From Bacteriovoracaceae bacterium (lineage in GTDB: Bacteria > Bdellovibrionota > Bacteriovoracia > Bacteriovoracales > Bacteriovoracaceae): a stretch of DNA of 64,000 nucleotides. Shown here piece after piece: positions 39,692 through 49,770 of this stretch (the first letter of the stretch is position 1; each line of letters starts with the position of its first letter). The position numbers and the translations under genes were made by a program. The notes under the pieces were generated by a model. The model saw only the letters and a list, made by a program, of their open reading frames with translations. It searched no databases and was not told the origin of the DNA. Where the stretch lies: contig JBLWTJ010000001.1 in the NCBI GenBank assembly GCA_048270185.1, positions 1,024,001 through 1,088,000 on the forward strand, written 5' to 3'.

Positions 39692-39746
39692 GACACCCAA
39701 TTGCAGGCGGAGATGGTCTCCGCCCATGAATCACAGGAAGTGCGCT

Positions 39747-40574
39747 ATCCCTGAGTTACCCGAAGTCGAAACCATCAAATCACAACTCTCCCACGTTCTT
39801 CCAATGGAAGTCGAGGAAGTCGTCTTTTCAAGCGTCAGTGATTCCATTGTAAAAGACAAGGACTTCAATCCAAAAGGCATGACTCTCCAAAGAATTGAGC
39901 GCCAAGGAAAAGTTTTGCGCTTCTTCTTTGAAGATTGTGATGGCAATGAATGGCGAGCGATTTCTGGATTGGGAATGTCGGGATCGTGGCGAATTGCCAC
40001 GGAAGAAATTACAGAAAAGCACACTCACGTAAAACTCATTGGAACAAATGCAAAAGGCCCACTTCATCTTGGCTATATTGACCCGAGACGCTTTGGTGTC
40101 TTTCACCTCTACTCTCCACCAAATGAAGCGACATGGCTTACACGTCTTGGCCCTGATGTATCAAAAGCCGAGTTCACACTCGAGTATCTTTTGATGCTTA
40201 AAAAAGAACGCCCTAATAAAGTTTTAAAACCATTCTTGTTAGAGCAAAACTTCTTTGCAGGTGTTGGTAATTATATGGCCAGCGAGATTTGTGCGCGTGC
40301 AGGAGTTCGCCCCACTCGCAGGATGAAAACTCTCACAAAACTTGAACTTGAAAAGCTTTACATGGCCGTAAAGATTGTTCTTGATGACTCCATAAGCACA
40401 GGAGGCACGACATTTTCAGGTGGCTACCAAGACGCTTTTGGTGAAAAAGGTGAAGGTGTGAAAAATCTTGTGGTCTTCTATCAAAAGATCTGTGGACTTT
40501 GTAAGAAGACTGAAGTGAAGAAGATTACTCTTGCTCAGCGCGGGACTTACTACTGTCCTAGTTGTCAAAAGTGA
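39747..40574 (+). CDS. mutM: Formamidopyrimidine-DNA glycosylase (Fpg/MutM), apparent ATC start
   Basis: PELPEVET, RQGK, LGMSG, DPRRFG, AGVGNY..E (H2TH), CGLC..RGTYYCPSCQ zinc finger; codon before Pro is ATC. Confidence 0.93.
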   Translation: MPELPEVETIKSQLSHVLPMEVEEVVFSSVSDSIVKDKDFNPKGMTLQRIERQGKVLRFFFEDCDGNEWRAISGLGMSGSWRIATEEITEKHTHVKLIGTNAKGPLHLGYIDPRRFGVFHLYSPPNEATWLTRLGPDVSKAEFTLEYLLMLKKERPNKVLKPFLLEQNFFAGVGNYMASEICARAGVRPTRRMKTLTKLELEKLYMAVKIVLDDSISTGGTTFSGGYQDAFGEKGEGVKNLVVFYQKICGLCKKTEVKKITLAQRGTYYCPSCQK

Positions 40575-41154
40575 TTTGATAATTCTTTAATCGATCAGTT
40601 AAATAGAGTCGGCCTTTGTTCGTTACGATTCGAAAGAAATCATTTCCAACTCCGTCCTCTCTTAATTTCTTTCTTAAACGACTAAGACTTACATCCATTG
40701 TGTTCTCGCTTGTCGAGCCATAGAGGAAGTCGGCGATTTTATTTTTCTCTCCATTTTGAGCACGATTGATAAAGCGAAATAACTCCATATCAGCACGGCT
40801 TAAGAAGTGAAATAATTTATAGATTTCCATTAAGCGAAGGCGGTTATAGAGAGTTTCTAGAAATTCATCTCCATTAAGGTTTTTAAAAACACACAGGTTT
40901 CCACCAAGAGGCAGGAGGCGATCAAGTCCCTTTTGAAAGAATGAATCGACGAAGTAGACAAATTTTACATTGGTGTACATGATATCTTTGGCAAGTCCCT
41001 TAGGGATCTCATCAAGCTCAACTAGGAGCATTTCACCTGGTTCACTATCAGTAGGAAACTCATCGAGATATTGGATTTCAGTATGGAAGATTTCTTGGAT
41101 TTCATCGTGAAAGTAAATTTTTTTCTTATCTGTTGTATATGCAAGTAATTTCAC
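40558..41154 (-). CDS. Atypical OmpR-like winged-helix regulator (paralog 2)
   Basis: C-terminal ENTMDVSLSRLRKKL..RIVT wHTH; degenerate receiver-like N-terminus. Confidence 0.7.
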   Translation of the reverse strand: MKLLAYTTDKKKIYFHDEIQEIFHTEIQYLDEFPTDSEPGEMLLVELDEIPKGLAKDIMYTNVKFVYFVDSFFQKGLDRLLPLGGNLCVFKNLNGDEFLETLYNRLRLMEIYKLFHFLSRADMELFRFINRAQNGEKNKIADFLYGSTSENTMDVSLSRLRKKLREDGVGNDFFRIVTNKGRLYLTDRLKNYQITFDN

Positions 41155-41212
41155 GTCGTGCCCCTTATTTTAGACATTAAACCTAGCTTGCGTATTGGCA
41201 ATTTAAGATTTC

Positions 41213-41836
41213 TTAATTTTTTTTAGTTAGATCCAGCAGTTGCTTTGGAATCTCGTAATTTGTCAGCTTACTAACAACATAGAGTCTTCCTCCCTTTGTC
41301 ACAATTCGGAAGAAGTCATCACCAATTTCGGGATCGCGTAATTTTTTTCGAAGACGACTTAAGTTCACATCAATCGTCCCTTCGCTTGTTGAACCAAATA
41401 TTAATTCCGAAAGCTTAGACTTTTCACCATTTCCGGCCCTAAGAATAAAGCGAAATAATTCGATATCAGTAGAACTAACAAGGTGGAGTAATTTAAACAT
41501 CTCCATCTGATGGATACGTGACATTAGTACGCCGAGAAAGTCACTCTCTTCAAGGGATTTAAAAACAAAATTATTGCCCCCTAAGGCCAATAGACGATTG
41601 AGGTTTTTCTGTTTTAGCGAATCAACTAAGACAACGAACTTAACTCGAGTGTATTTAAGCTCCTCAATAAATTCATCAGATATTTCATCAAGTTCAAGAA
41701 TAAGTATTTGAGCTGGCCCAAGATCAAAAGGAAGCTCTTCTAAATACTCAAAGTTGGCACTGCAAAGGGATTCTATTGCCGACTCTCTAAAGATTTTCTT
41801 TTGATTAGCCGTGTAAGCCTTTAACTTTATTGACAT
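41213..41836 (-). CDS. Atypical OmpR-like winged-helix regulator (paralog 1)
   Basis: EGTIDVNLSRLRKKL..RIVT; colinear similarity to 40558-41154. Confidence 0.7.
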   Translation of the reverse strand: MSIKLKAYTANQKKIFRESAIESLCSANFEYLEELPFDLGPAQILILELDEISDEFIEELKYTRVKFVVLVDSLKQKNLNRLLALGGNNFVFKSLEESDFLGVLMSRIHQMEMFKLLHLVSSTDIELFRFILRAGNGEKSKLSELIFGSTSEGTIDVNLSRLRKKLRDPEIGDDFFRIVTKGGRLYVVSKLTNYEIPKQLLDLTKKN

Positions 41837-41940
41837 TGTCCACCTTACGTATTTGTAAGTAAATAATATTGCCTAAACATATTATCATCATGATGTACCA
41901 ATAACAATAGTTGGTAAACAAATAAAACTGGAGGTTATTT

Positions 41941-42324
41941 ATGAAGGAAAAGAGAGTGTTTGAGAGTATTGCAAAATTAATTCGAGTCAAGAGAAGATCT
42001 TTATCACCTAAGGTCTCTCAACAAGGATTGTCTTATAAGCTTGGTTACAAGAACGGACAATTCATTAGTAATATCGAAAGAGGTTTATGCTCTGTCCCAC
42101 TTCGCTCTCTAGGATCGATTTGTGAGGTATTAAATGTTTCAAAAGAAGAACTGAGAGAAACTCTTCTGAAAGACTATGCCGACACAATCGATAACTACTT
42201 TGCAGAGGCGCAAGCTCAGGAAGATCTTGCAGCAGCAAATAAAACACAACTAGAAGCGAGCGAACAAGAAGATGGCAGCAGACCAAAGGTGAATTTTGAG
42301 TTTGCAAGAAATCTTGTTTTCTAA
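41941..42324 (+). CDS. XRE-family HTH regulator
   Basis: SQQGLSYKLGYKNGQFISNIERG; GGAGG SD. Confidence 0.85.
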   Translation: MKEKRVFESIAKLIRVKRRSLSPKVSQQGLSYKLGYKNGQFISNIERGLCSVPLRSLGSICEVLNVSKEELRETLLKDYADTIDNYFAEAQAQEDLAAANKTQLEASEQEDGSRPKVNFEFARNLVF

Positions 42325-42348
42325 CCAGGAAACCAAGAGAAAATACCG

Positions 42349-42406
42349 CCTTAGGTGCTAACCAAAATCAAGCACTACGATCATATTAACCGGTTGGCAC
42401 CTAAGG
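42349..42406. repeat. 15-bp inverted repeat with 28-nt spacer (REP-like)
   Basis: CCTTAGGTGCTAACC ... GGTTGGCACCTAAGG, one mismatch (G-U compatible). Confidence 0.75.
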
Positions 42407-42464
42407 AATCTTTTCAATAGACTTCGAATAAGGCATAATGGCCAAGAACACAATCGAGGTCTCA

Positions 42465-44234
42465 ATGAAAGCGATTAACGCATCTCCCCTACAAAAATTA
42501 ATCAATCATTTTAGAAATAAAAGATCACAAATTTATACAGCTTCATTCTTTTCAGTCTTAAATAAAGTATTTGATATTGCTCCACCACTACTTATTGGTT
42601 TAGCTGTTGATACTGTTGTTAAACAAGAAGAGTCATTTCTTGCAGGAATGGGAGTAGAGAGTAAGGTTGATCAAATCTACATTCTAGGTTTTCTTACTTT
42701 CCTTATTTGGGCCCTGGAATCACTCTTTGAGTATCTATTAAAAGTATGGTGGCGAGGACTTGCACAAGAAGTTCAACATGATCTTCGTATGGAAGCCTAC
42801 GATCATCTTCAAAATCTTCATATCTCTTTCTATCAGGAGCAAAACTCAGGAAATTTAGCAACTATCTTAAATGATGACGTTAACCAATTAGAGCGCTTCT
42901 TAGATGTCGGGGCCAATGATATTATCCAAACACTAACAACTGTTGTCTCAATTGGCGCAATCTTCTTCTATCTTTCACCGCAGATTGCTCTTCTATCACT
43001 AACACCTGTGCCATTTATTCTTTGGGGAAGTTTCTACTTTCAAAGAAAGGTACAACCTCGTTATCAGAAAGTTAGAGGTGAAGCAGGGCTTCTTGCTAGT
43101 ATGCTCGTTAATAATATTGCCGGAATGATGACGATCAAATCCTATGTTGCTCAGAAATTTGAGTACACTAGACTTGAAAAGCAATCAAACTCATATGCAG
43201 CGGCCAATAAAGAAGCGATTCGTGTCTCTTCTTCTTTTAGCCCGATTATTCGAATGGCAGTTCTTTGTGGTTTCCTCTTCACTCTCATTATTGGTGGAAT
43301 CGATGTTCTCGATGGAAAACTTGCAGTAGGTTCATACTCAGTTCTTATCTTCTTAGTTCAAAGACTCCTGTGGCCTCTAACTCGCCTTGGAGAAACTTTT
43401 GATCTCTACCAACGCTCAATGGCCTCAACAGCTCGAGTTATGGACCTCCTTGAAACTCAGGTAAAGGTAACTGATGGGGATAAAGACTTAACTGAATTTG
43501 AAGGTGAAGTTGAATTCGAAAATATCAACTTCAAATACGATGAAAATGACAACACTGGACTTAAGGAAATCAATTTAAAAATTAAGGCCGGAGAAACAGT
43601 TGCTCTTGTAGGGCCAACGGGCTCGGGAAAGAGTACCATGCTGAAACTTCTTCAGCGCTTCTACGATCCACAAGTCGGTCAAGTGACTTTTGATGGAATT
43701 GATACAAGAAGCCTAAAGCAAAATTCTCTTCGCTCACATATTGGTTTTGTTTCACAAGAAACTTACCTCTTTCACGGAACGGTACTCGAAAATATTATTT
43801 ACGGTTCAAATGGGGCAACAGAAATTGATGCTATGAAAGCGGCCAAGTTAGCAGAGGCCCATGCCTTTATTGAACTTCTCCCTCAAGGTTACAACACAAT
43901 TGTTGGAGAACGTGGTCAAAAGCTTTCAGGAGGTCAGAGACAGCGTATAGCCATCGCTCGTGCAATTCTTAAAGATCCAAAACTTTTCATCTTTGATGAG
44001 GCCACTAGTGCCATCGACAATGAAACAGAAGCGGCCATTCAACGCTCTCTTAAGACAATTACTCAAGGGCGCACAACAGTTATGGTTGCTCACAGGCTAT
44101 CCACTATTATTCATGCAGATCAAATCTGTGTGTTAAATGAAGGAAAGATTGAACAACGAGGGACTCATCAAGAGTTAATTGCTCAAGAAGGACTTTATCG
44201 AGCGCTTTGGAATGTTCAAACAGGGATGGCCTAG
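42465..44234 (+). CDS. ABC exporter, fused permease/ATPase
   Basis: TM domain, GPTGSGKST, LSGGQRQR, FDEATSA; ATG 42465 has GAGGT SD (alternative 42438). Confidence 0.95.
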   Translation: MKAINASPLQKLINHFRNKRSQIYTASFFSVLNKVFDIAPPLLIGLAVDTVVKQEESFLAGMGVESKVDQIYILGFLTFLIWALESLFEYLLKVWWRGLAQEVQHDLRMEAYDHLQNLHISFYQEQNSGNLATILNDDVNQLERFLDVGANDIIQTLTTVVSIGAIFFYLSPQIALLSLTPVPFILWGSFYFQRKVQPRYQKVRGEAGLLASMLVNNIAGMMTIKSYVAQKFEYTRLEKQSNSYAAANKEAIRVSSSFSPIIRMAVLCGFLFTLIIGGIDVLDGKLAVGSYSVLIFLVQRLLWPLTRLGETFDLYQRSMASTARVMDLLETQVKVTDGDKDLTEFEGEVEFENINFKYDENDNTGLKEINLKIKAGETVALVGPTGSGKSTMLKLLQRFYDPQVGQVTFDGIDTRSLKQNSLRSHIGFVSQETYLFHGTVLENIIYGSNGATEIDAMKAAKLAEAHAFIELLPQGYNTIVGERGQKLSGGQRQRIAIARAILKDPKLFIFDEATSAIDNETEAAIQRSLKTITQGRTTVMVAHRLSTIIHADQICVLNEGKIEQRGTHQELIAQEGLYRALWNVQTGMA

Positions 44235-44246
44235 GTTATCGAAAGA

Positions 44247-45599
44247 CTAGAACATAAATTTAAGTGAAGTATAAACGGTGTCGTTAGCACGATAAGCTGA
44301 CCAATAAGAGATATCTTTTGGAGACTTAATAAGCTCGGCACCAATATTAATCGCTGCCTGACCTCGCCAAAATCCATAATTTGCTTCAGCTTTTAAAATA
44401 ACGTCTCTTCTTTCAATATCGTATTTAATATCCCCTACAATATTGAAATTATCATAGAAGTAATAACGAGCTCGAGTTCCAAAAGTATTCTTCCACTTTG
44501 CAGTATCAGAGAAGAAGTCATCTGATTCTCTTTCATAATCAGTCACAAGATTGATGTAGTTAAAAGAGATCATATAGTAGCCTTGATTCACGTTAAGTGA
44601 GATCGTGGCGTAACTTTCTTTTTCGTAGTTTGGTTCAATCGTAAAATAGTCCGATTCAAACTTCTTATTCTCTTCACGGCTAAAATCAACAACTTTAAAA
44701 TCATTTCCAAAAGTAGCCGTTGGATCACTTACATCTAAACTTGCAACTAATTGAACATCTCCAAGACTTTGCTTGTATTGAATACCGTAATAAAGGTGGT
44801 GGTTTACAATTGGTGAAGCCTCAACTGCAACACGATCATTATCAGGATCAAGTCTTGCATCGGCATTCATCTGAAGGTTATTTTGTGGTTTATAAAGGAA
44901 GAAGGCCGAAATTTCAGCATCCTTAGCTTCATTTGATCCAGAGAATCTAAATCCCAGAGACTTATTCTTAACAACATCCTTATAGATATCTGGCATATTG
45001 ATACTGTAATAAAGAGGAAGTGTATTTCCTTCAAGGACTGTATATGTAGGAGGACGTCTAATCCACTCACTCTTACTGACAATTTGGCCATCTTCAACCG
45101 CAATACCTGGATTCATTGAAGGTATATAGAAGTATGAGAAGAAAACCGACACATTAAAGTAGCGATTAAATTTACGATCGTATTGAATTCCGACTAGTCC
45201 TTCTTTCTTTTCAGATAAAAGGTAGAAGCCTTGGTTTGGGTTTAGAGTACCTAGTAACCAGTAATTTTCATTCTCATTCCAATTAAGAAGCTGGCGTCCA
45301 ACACTAATACGGTTTAGCTCGTCTTGAAATTCAATATAGGCCTCAGGCACAGAGAAGTTTGCTGCAGCCTCTTTTGTTACGTAAGCGCGGGCCGCAAATT
45401 CACCATAAGTCTTTCCATTCCAAAGACGGCTCTCCCCTGTCATCTCAATTTGGGCCCAGTCGTCATACTCAGACTTCTTAGCTGGGTTATTAAGACGCTG
45501 GAACTTCTCATACGAGACAGAACCATCCAGTCCGGCCAATGCACTTAGGCCAGAAAGAGACAAGCTCGCTAATGTCAGAAATTTGATGAATTTATTCAT
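44247..45599 (-). CDS. Outer-membrane beta-barrel protein
   Basis: Signal peptide, EAY..ISVGRQ..W pattern, amphipathic strands, terminal LKFMF. Confidence 0.75.
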   Translation of the reverse strand: MNKFIKFLTLASLSLSGLSALAGLDGSVSYEKFQRLNNPAKKSEYDDWAQIEMTGESRLWNGKTYGEFAARAYVTKEAAANFSVPEAYIEFQDELNRISVGRQLLNWNENENYWLLGTLNPNQGFYLLSEKKEGLVGIQYDRKFNRYFNVSVFFSYFYIPSMNPGIAVEDGQIVSKSEWIRRPPTYTVLEGNTLPLYYSINMPDIYKDVVKNKSLGFRFSGSNEAKDAEISAFFLYKPQNNLQMNADARLDPDNDRVAVEASPIVNHHLYYGIQYKQSLGDVQLVASLDVSDPTATFGNDFKVVDFSREENKKFESDYFTIEPNYEKESYATISLNVNQGYYMISFNYINLVTDYERESDDFFSDTAKWKNTFGTRARYYFYDNFNIVGDIKYDIERRDVILKAEANYGFWRGQAAINIGAELIKSPKDISYWSAYRANDTVYTSLKFMF

Positions 45600-45795
45600 T
45601 AAATAATATTAAATCAGAAAAAGATCGCAATTAGAAGCGTTTCAATCAGATATAGTATTGATTACAGCCAGGTGTTAACACAATATACAGTATAATGTTA
45701 AGAATTGTGTCTATTTTTGACGCAATCCGTAAAAACATTTCAAAATATACGGTTATTTCTTTTCATTTAACTAGAAATTTTCTAGACTTCTACTA

Positions 45796-48700
45796 ATGAA
45801 AATTATGAACACGTTACACAAACTATTGAAATTACGTCAATTTGTTGCCGTTACGGCGACATTTCTACTACTTACGTCATGTGGCTTCATTGATGACGAT
45901 CCAGTGGAAAATGGTGACGTAGCTCAGTACGATGGAATCTCTGCTAGTTGTAAAATCGACGTTGATCGTATCAAGAAGTTATTCGAAGTTGATATCTCTA
46001 AAGACCTTAACTGTCTTGAAGATACCCTAAATAAATTTAAATACGTTGAGTCTCGTGACAAGGTTAATTTCTACCGTGAAGATATCGTGCGCTTCGTTCG
46101 AAAGTATATGGATAACCCAGCGGGTTCTGCCGATGATCTGATCGAGGGTCTTGATCTTCTCTTTAAGTTAAACACTCTTCTTCAAAGAGATGCTCCAGGG
46201 CAAATGTCTCGCCTAAAAATTGGATCTTTCTTTGATATCTTAAAAGAGTTCAATCGTTCAGCAATTGTTATTGTTGATTCTGTTAAGAAGCTACAAGATG
46301 CTAAGGATCATGAGGAGTATAACAAGTACTCAAAAGAGCTACGTGGTCACTCTGAATCATTTGCAAATAATATCAATGCAATTCTACAAACAATTCCAGG
46401 TCCGGCCCAGGCAATTGATATTCAAGATCTTATTCTTGATATTACAAAAGATCTAAAAGATTTCGAACTTGGAAAAGAGTTATTAAACTCACTTCTCTTT
46501 GCTAAGAAATTATTCCTAGGTGGATCACGTATCTATATTGACTCAGATGAATTTGCACAGCTTTTTACTTTCCTACCTGTTTTCTTACAAAACACAATGG
46601 ATATCTTCTTTTTGAAGAAGGAGTATTATGAAGACGGTTCTGAATACTTTAATAAGCTTGCCAATAACCTTGAAGAATTAAAGCTCTATGTTTACGAGCA
46701 CCAAAAAGAAGAAAATATCATCACGATTAGAGATATCAATAATATCATTGATGAGTTCTTCAACGATAATGATGACGATATTATCACTACGATCCTCGGA
46801 ACTAAGAAGGAAACTAATCAAAAACTTAAGTCCCTCATTCAATATGCAAAGAGAGACCTCATCCGTGGTAATCCAGAAATCTTCTCTTACGCTGAAGTTG
46901 AGCTGGCCCTTGGTGTTATCAATGTGGGGATTCGTTCATTTGAGTCTGTAAATATCCTGACAGATCTTGTTGAAGATATTGAGAACAAAGACTTCAATAG
47001 AAAAGTTGAAATCAAGAAAGAATTTAGAACAGAAGTTGTGAAACTTAGCAATAACGCCCGCAAGCTTCTTGACGAAGATATCTCTATACCTCGTAACCAC
47101 GAAATGGATATCCTAAGGTTTGCAACAGATACAATTAAGCTATATGAACTCGATATTGCAGACGATGCAGTGAAGTCATTTCTTGCTCTAAAAGTAATTA
47201 CAACAGGTGGAACGCGAGAAACACTTGCCTACCCAGAGCTTATTACAATCCTAACAAAAGTTGACCCTCTAGCGGCCTTATTCTTTGACCTTCAGTACTT
47301 AGCGTCTGATTACTTAGATAAGACTTCACTAGAAAAGAATAACTTTTTCCTAGCTCAGATTCGTTCCGTTCAGGATGTCATTCTCGATGAGCTTGATAAT
47401 GACAAGGTTATAACGATTACTGATATCGATAAGATCATTGAACAATTCTATGGTAAGGAAAAAGACAAAGAGAAAGGAATTGCCCTTAAGAATTTAGTTC
47501 TAAATTATAAAGATAATATCTTACGACTTGAATCTGGAGTTGATTACCTATCATTCGATCAGCTAAAGACGACTGTTAACGTACTTGCTGTCGTATATCG
47601 TTATATGGCCTTCATTGATGTGCATATTGAAAATATGGATATCTTTAATGGAAAAACTCCGGAAGAAGATAATTTAAGAAAAGTTATTGAACGTAAGGAT
47701 TATATTGCCAAATTTCTATCAATCAAAAATGAATTGGCAAATTACCTTATTGACCCGAACTTTATTAAAGCCGATGGTCAGATTAAAGATTTTCTAGTTC
47801 GTATGAAAGAGTCAGATAAGCTCTTTACAAAAGGTTTCAATTGGAAACTTTACTCAAAGGCCACTTCTTTAAAGGGTATGCTACTAGGTGGAAGTAACCA
47901 AATCGTAAATCGCGATAACCTTTACTATCTTGCTGAAAAATCAGAGTCACTAGCAGAAATTCTCTATGATGCCTTCTTTACGAAGTTTGATGATGAAGAA
48001 AGATCGGTTCAAAATACGGCCACTCTTTTAAAACTATTTAGAAAAGTCAGAAAGACCATTTACCCAGTCTCAGAGAGAACGGATTACTTTACAGTTAAAG
48101 AAATCTTAGAATTTGGTGACCAAGTAATAGTCGAGGCCAACAAGAGTGCAGATGAGCCTAAAGATGAAGCTGATCTTTTAAAGCTTTCAAACTTTAAGAG
48201 AACGATTATTGACTTCACTCAAAGAATCTTTGAACCGATTCCAAGAAGTGAGTTAATGTACCCGATTCCATGTAAGAAGAACCCTGCATACGACAAGAAG
48301 AAGCAAGGTAGTTCGAAGTGGATTTGTTCTGAAACAGATCCACCAGATGCACAGAATTTTGACCTTATGTTATCAAGTGTAGCAATTAATACACTTTTTA
48401 ATATGCTAGAAGGTGCAATTGAAACTCTTCTTTTCTCAGATGCTTCTTATAATTTCTTCGAAAATAAGATGCAATCACCAAACCCGGTGCATATTGATCC
48501 AAGAGAGTATCCAACAAATGATCAAGTGCCTGAGTATGAGCTTATTAGAAAGAAGTCTTATGTTGTACTAATTGAAGAGTTCTCAAGAGTTGCACTTAAG
48601 TATCGTTACTTTAGAAATAAAGAAGGTTACCCAACTTATCAAGCGCAGATCGTAAGAAATAAGACAGGGTTTAACTCAATCATGCTCTTTAGAAGTGTTC

Positions 48701-49770
48701 TACCTTACGTACTACAAGGTTACGGTGTTGAAGGAGACACTACAAATCCAAGACTATCTCCAGGTCTAGCGGATAACCAACTTAATAATGCACTTGTTGG
48801 TCTAAAAGCTGTTCTTGAAGAACTGGGACTTTGGACAGAAGACTTTAAGACATTTGGAGAAAATATTCTTCTTCTATCAGACCTTTTCCAAGCGACATCA
48901 GGAGGAGACCTACTGATTAATATTGATGAAGTTACTGAGTTCCTAGAGCTCATTATGACGGCTTCAAAGATTACTAATCTAATGGAAGAAAATATTAGAC
49001 TTGAGAATCAGTGTAATTTTAAAACAGACGAAGAAGGATTCCGTGTCATGGAATCAACTTGTGTCCGTGGAAAATTCTTTGATAAGTTACTGCGTGAAGA
49101 TGAACTTAACCTTTCAAAGTACTTCCCACGTCTTAAGGCCTACGTTAATAGCCAAAGCCCAAAAGATGCAACGAAGTTCCTAAAAGGTGTTGAGATCTTC
49201 TCTCGTAGTGTTGAAGATGTTGATCGTATCTGGTGGAGAAAGAAAGACTTCACTCTTGTTCTAGGTGCGATGTTAAATATTGAATCGACATTTATTCGAT
49301 TCGATACAAATGAAGATAATGTATTAGACCGTAAAGAACTTGATCGTGGTTATAAGGAAGCTTATAAGAAGGCCATTATCAGTATTGCGGGACTAGAAGG
49401 TAAATTAGAATCTTTTGGGCGTACAGCGTTCTTCTACCTATTGAAGTACCATAAAGAGCCAGGCGTCGTAAGTGTTGCTTGGGCACATATTTGGTTTAAA
49501 AAATACTTTAATAAATTCAAGGCCAAGCGTCTTGATATTAGTGAGCTTCTTACATTCTTAGTTGAAATGAGAAAGCCAGAAGATGCCTCTTTAATGTTTA
49601 AAGAAGAATTGGCGGCTTGTGCTCTTGGTAGAACAGATGTTGATGAAAGTGAACTCAAGACTTTATTCGATGGGATGTCGATCGAATTAATTCAAGAGCA
49701 AATTCAGAAATGTCACGATGACTACGTTCAAAACAACGGAAGCGAAACATTTTATGGAAATATTCATTAA
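45796..49770 (+). CDS. Very large alpha-helical repeat lipoprotein with EF-hand-like loop
   Basis: Lipobox LLTS-C29; recurring K..(L/F)LGG and IT..DI..II..F motifs; DTNEDNVLDRKE near the C-terminus. Confidence 0.8.
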   Translation: MKIMNTLHKLLKLRQFVAVTATFLLLTSCGFIDDDPVENGDVAQYDGISASCKIDVDRIKKLFEVDISKDLNCLEDTLNKFKYVESRDKVNFYREDIVRFVRKYMDNPAGSADDLIEGLDLLFKLNTLLQRDAPGQMSRLKIGSFFDILKEFNRSAIVIVDSVKKLQDAKDHEEYNKYSKELRGHSESFANNINAILQTIPGPAQAIDIQDLILDITKDLKDFELGKELLNSLLFAKKLFLGGSRIYIDSDEFAQLFTFLPVFLQNTMDIFFLKKEYYEDGSEYFNKLANNLEELKLYVYEHQKEENIITIRDINNIIDEFFNDNDDDIITTILGTKKETNQKLKSLIQYAKRDLIRGNPEIFSYAEVELALGVINVGIRSFESVNILTDLVEDIENKDFNRKVEIKKEFRTEVVKLSNNARKLLDEDISIPRNHEMDILRFATDTIKLYELDIADDAVKSFLALKVITTGGTRETLAYPELITILTKVDPLAALFFDLQYLASDYLDKTSLEKNNFFLAQIRSVQDVILDELDNDKVITITDIDKIIEQFYGKEKDKEKGIALKNLVLNYKDNILRLESGVDYLSFDQLKTTVNVLAVVYRYMAFIDVHIENMDIFNGKTPEEDNLRKVIERKDYIAKFLSIKNELANYLIDPNFIKADGQIKDFLVRMKESDKLFTKGFNWKLYSKATSLKGMLLGGSNQIVNRDNLYYLAEKSESLAEILYDAFFTKFDDEERSVQNTATLLKLFRKVRKTIYPVSERTDYFTVKEILEFGDQVIVEANKSADEPKDEADLLKLSNFKRTIIDFTQRIFEPIPRSELMYPIPCKKNPAYDKKKQGSSKWICSETDPPDAQNFDLMLSSVAINTLFNMLEGAIETLLFSDASYNFFENKMQSPNPVHIDPREYPTNDQVPEYELIRKKSYVVLIEEFSRVALKYRYFRNKEGYPTYQAQIVRNKTGFNSIMLFRSVLPYVLQGYGVEGDTTNPRLSPGLADNQLNNALVGLKAVLEELGLWTEDFKTFGENILLLSDLFQATSGGDLLINIDEVTEFLELIMTASKITNLMEENIRLENQCNFKTDEEGFRVMESTCVRGKFFDKLLREDELNLSKYFPRLKAYVNSQSPKDATKFLKGVEIFSRSVEDVDRIWWRKKDFTLVLGAMLNIESTFIRFDTNEDNVLDRKELDRGYKEAYKKAIISIAGLEGKLESFGRTAFFYLLKYHKEPGVVSVAWAHIWFKKYFNKFKAKRLDISELLTFLVEMRKPEDASLMFKEELAACALGRTDVDESELKTLFDGMSIELIQEQIQKCHDDYVQNNGSETFYGNIH

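Noticed and set aside
39663..39746. N-terminal extension of MutM in the ORF track (TTG 39663, ATG 39690)
   Set aside because: These codons lie within the predicted promoter, and an extension would block the catalytic Pro.
39700..39760. Fluoride-riboswitch resemblance (GGAGATGG..CTCC) upstream of mutM
   Set aside because: Loop too short, no downstream GCT(G/A)ATG..CCTAC pseudoknot partner, and the gene is not fluoride-related.
45672..45702. dif-like site (TGTATA-TTGTGTTAACA on the minus strand)
   Set aside because: XerD arm only 8/11 and no XerC arm similarity.
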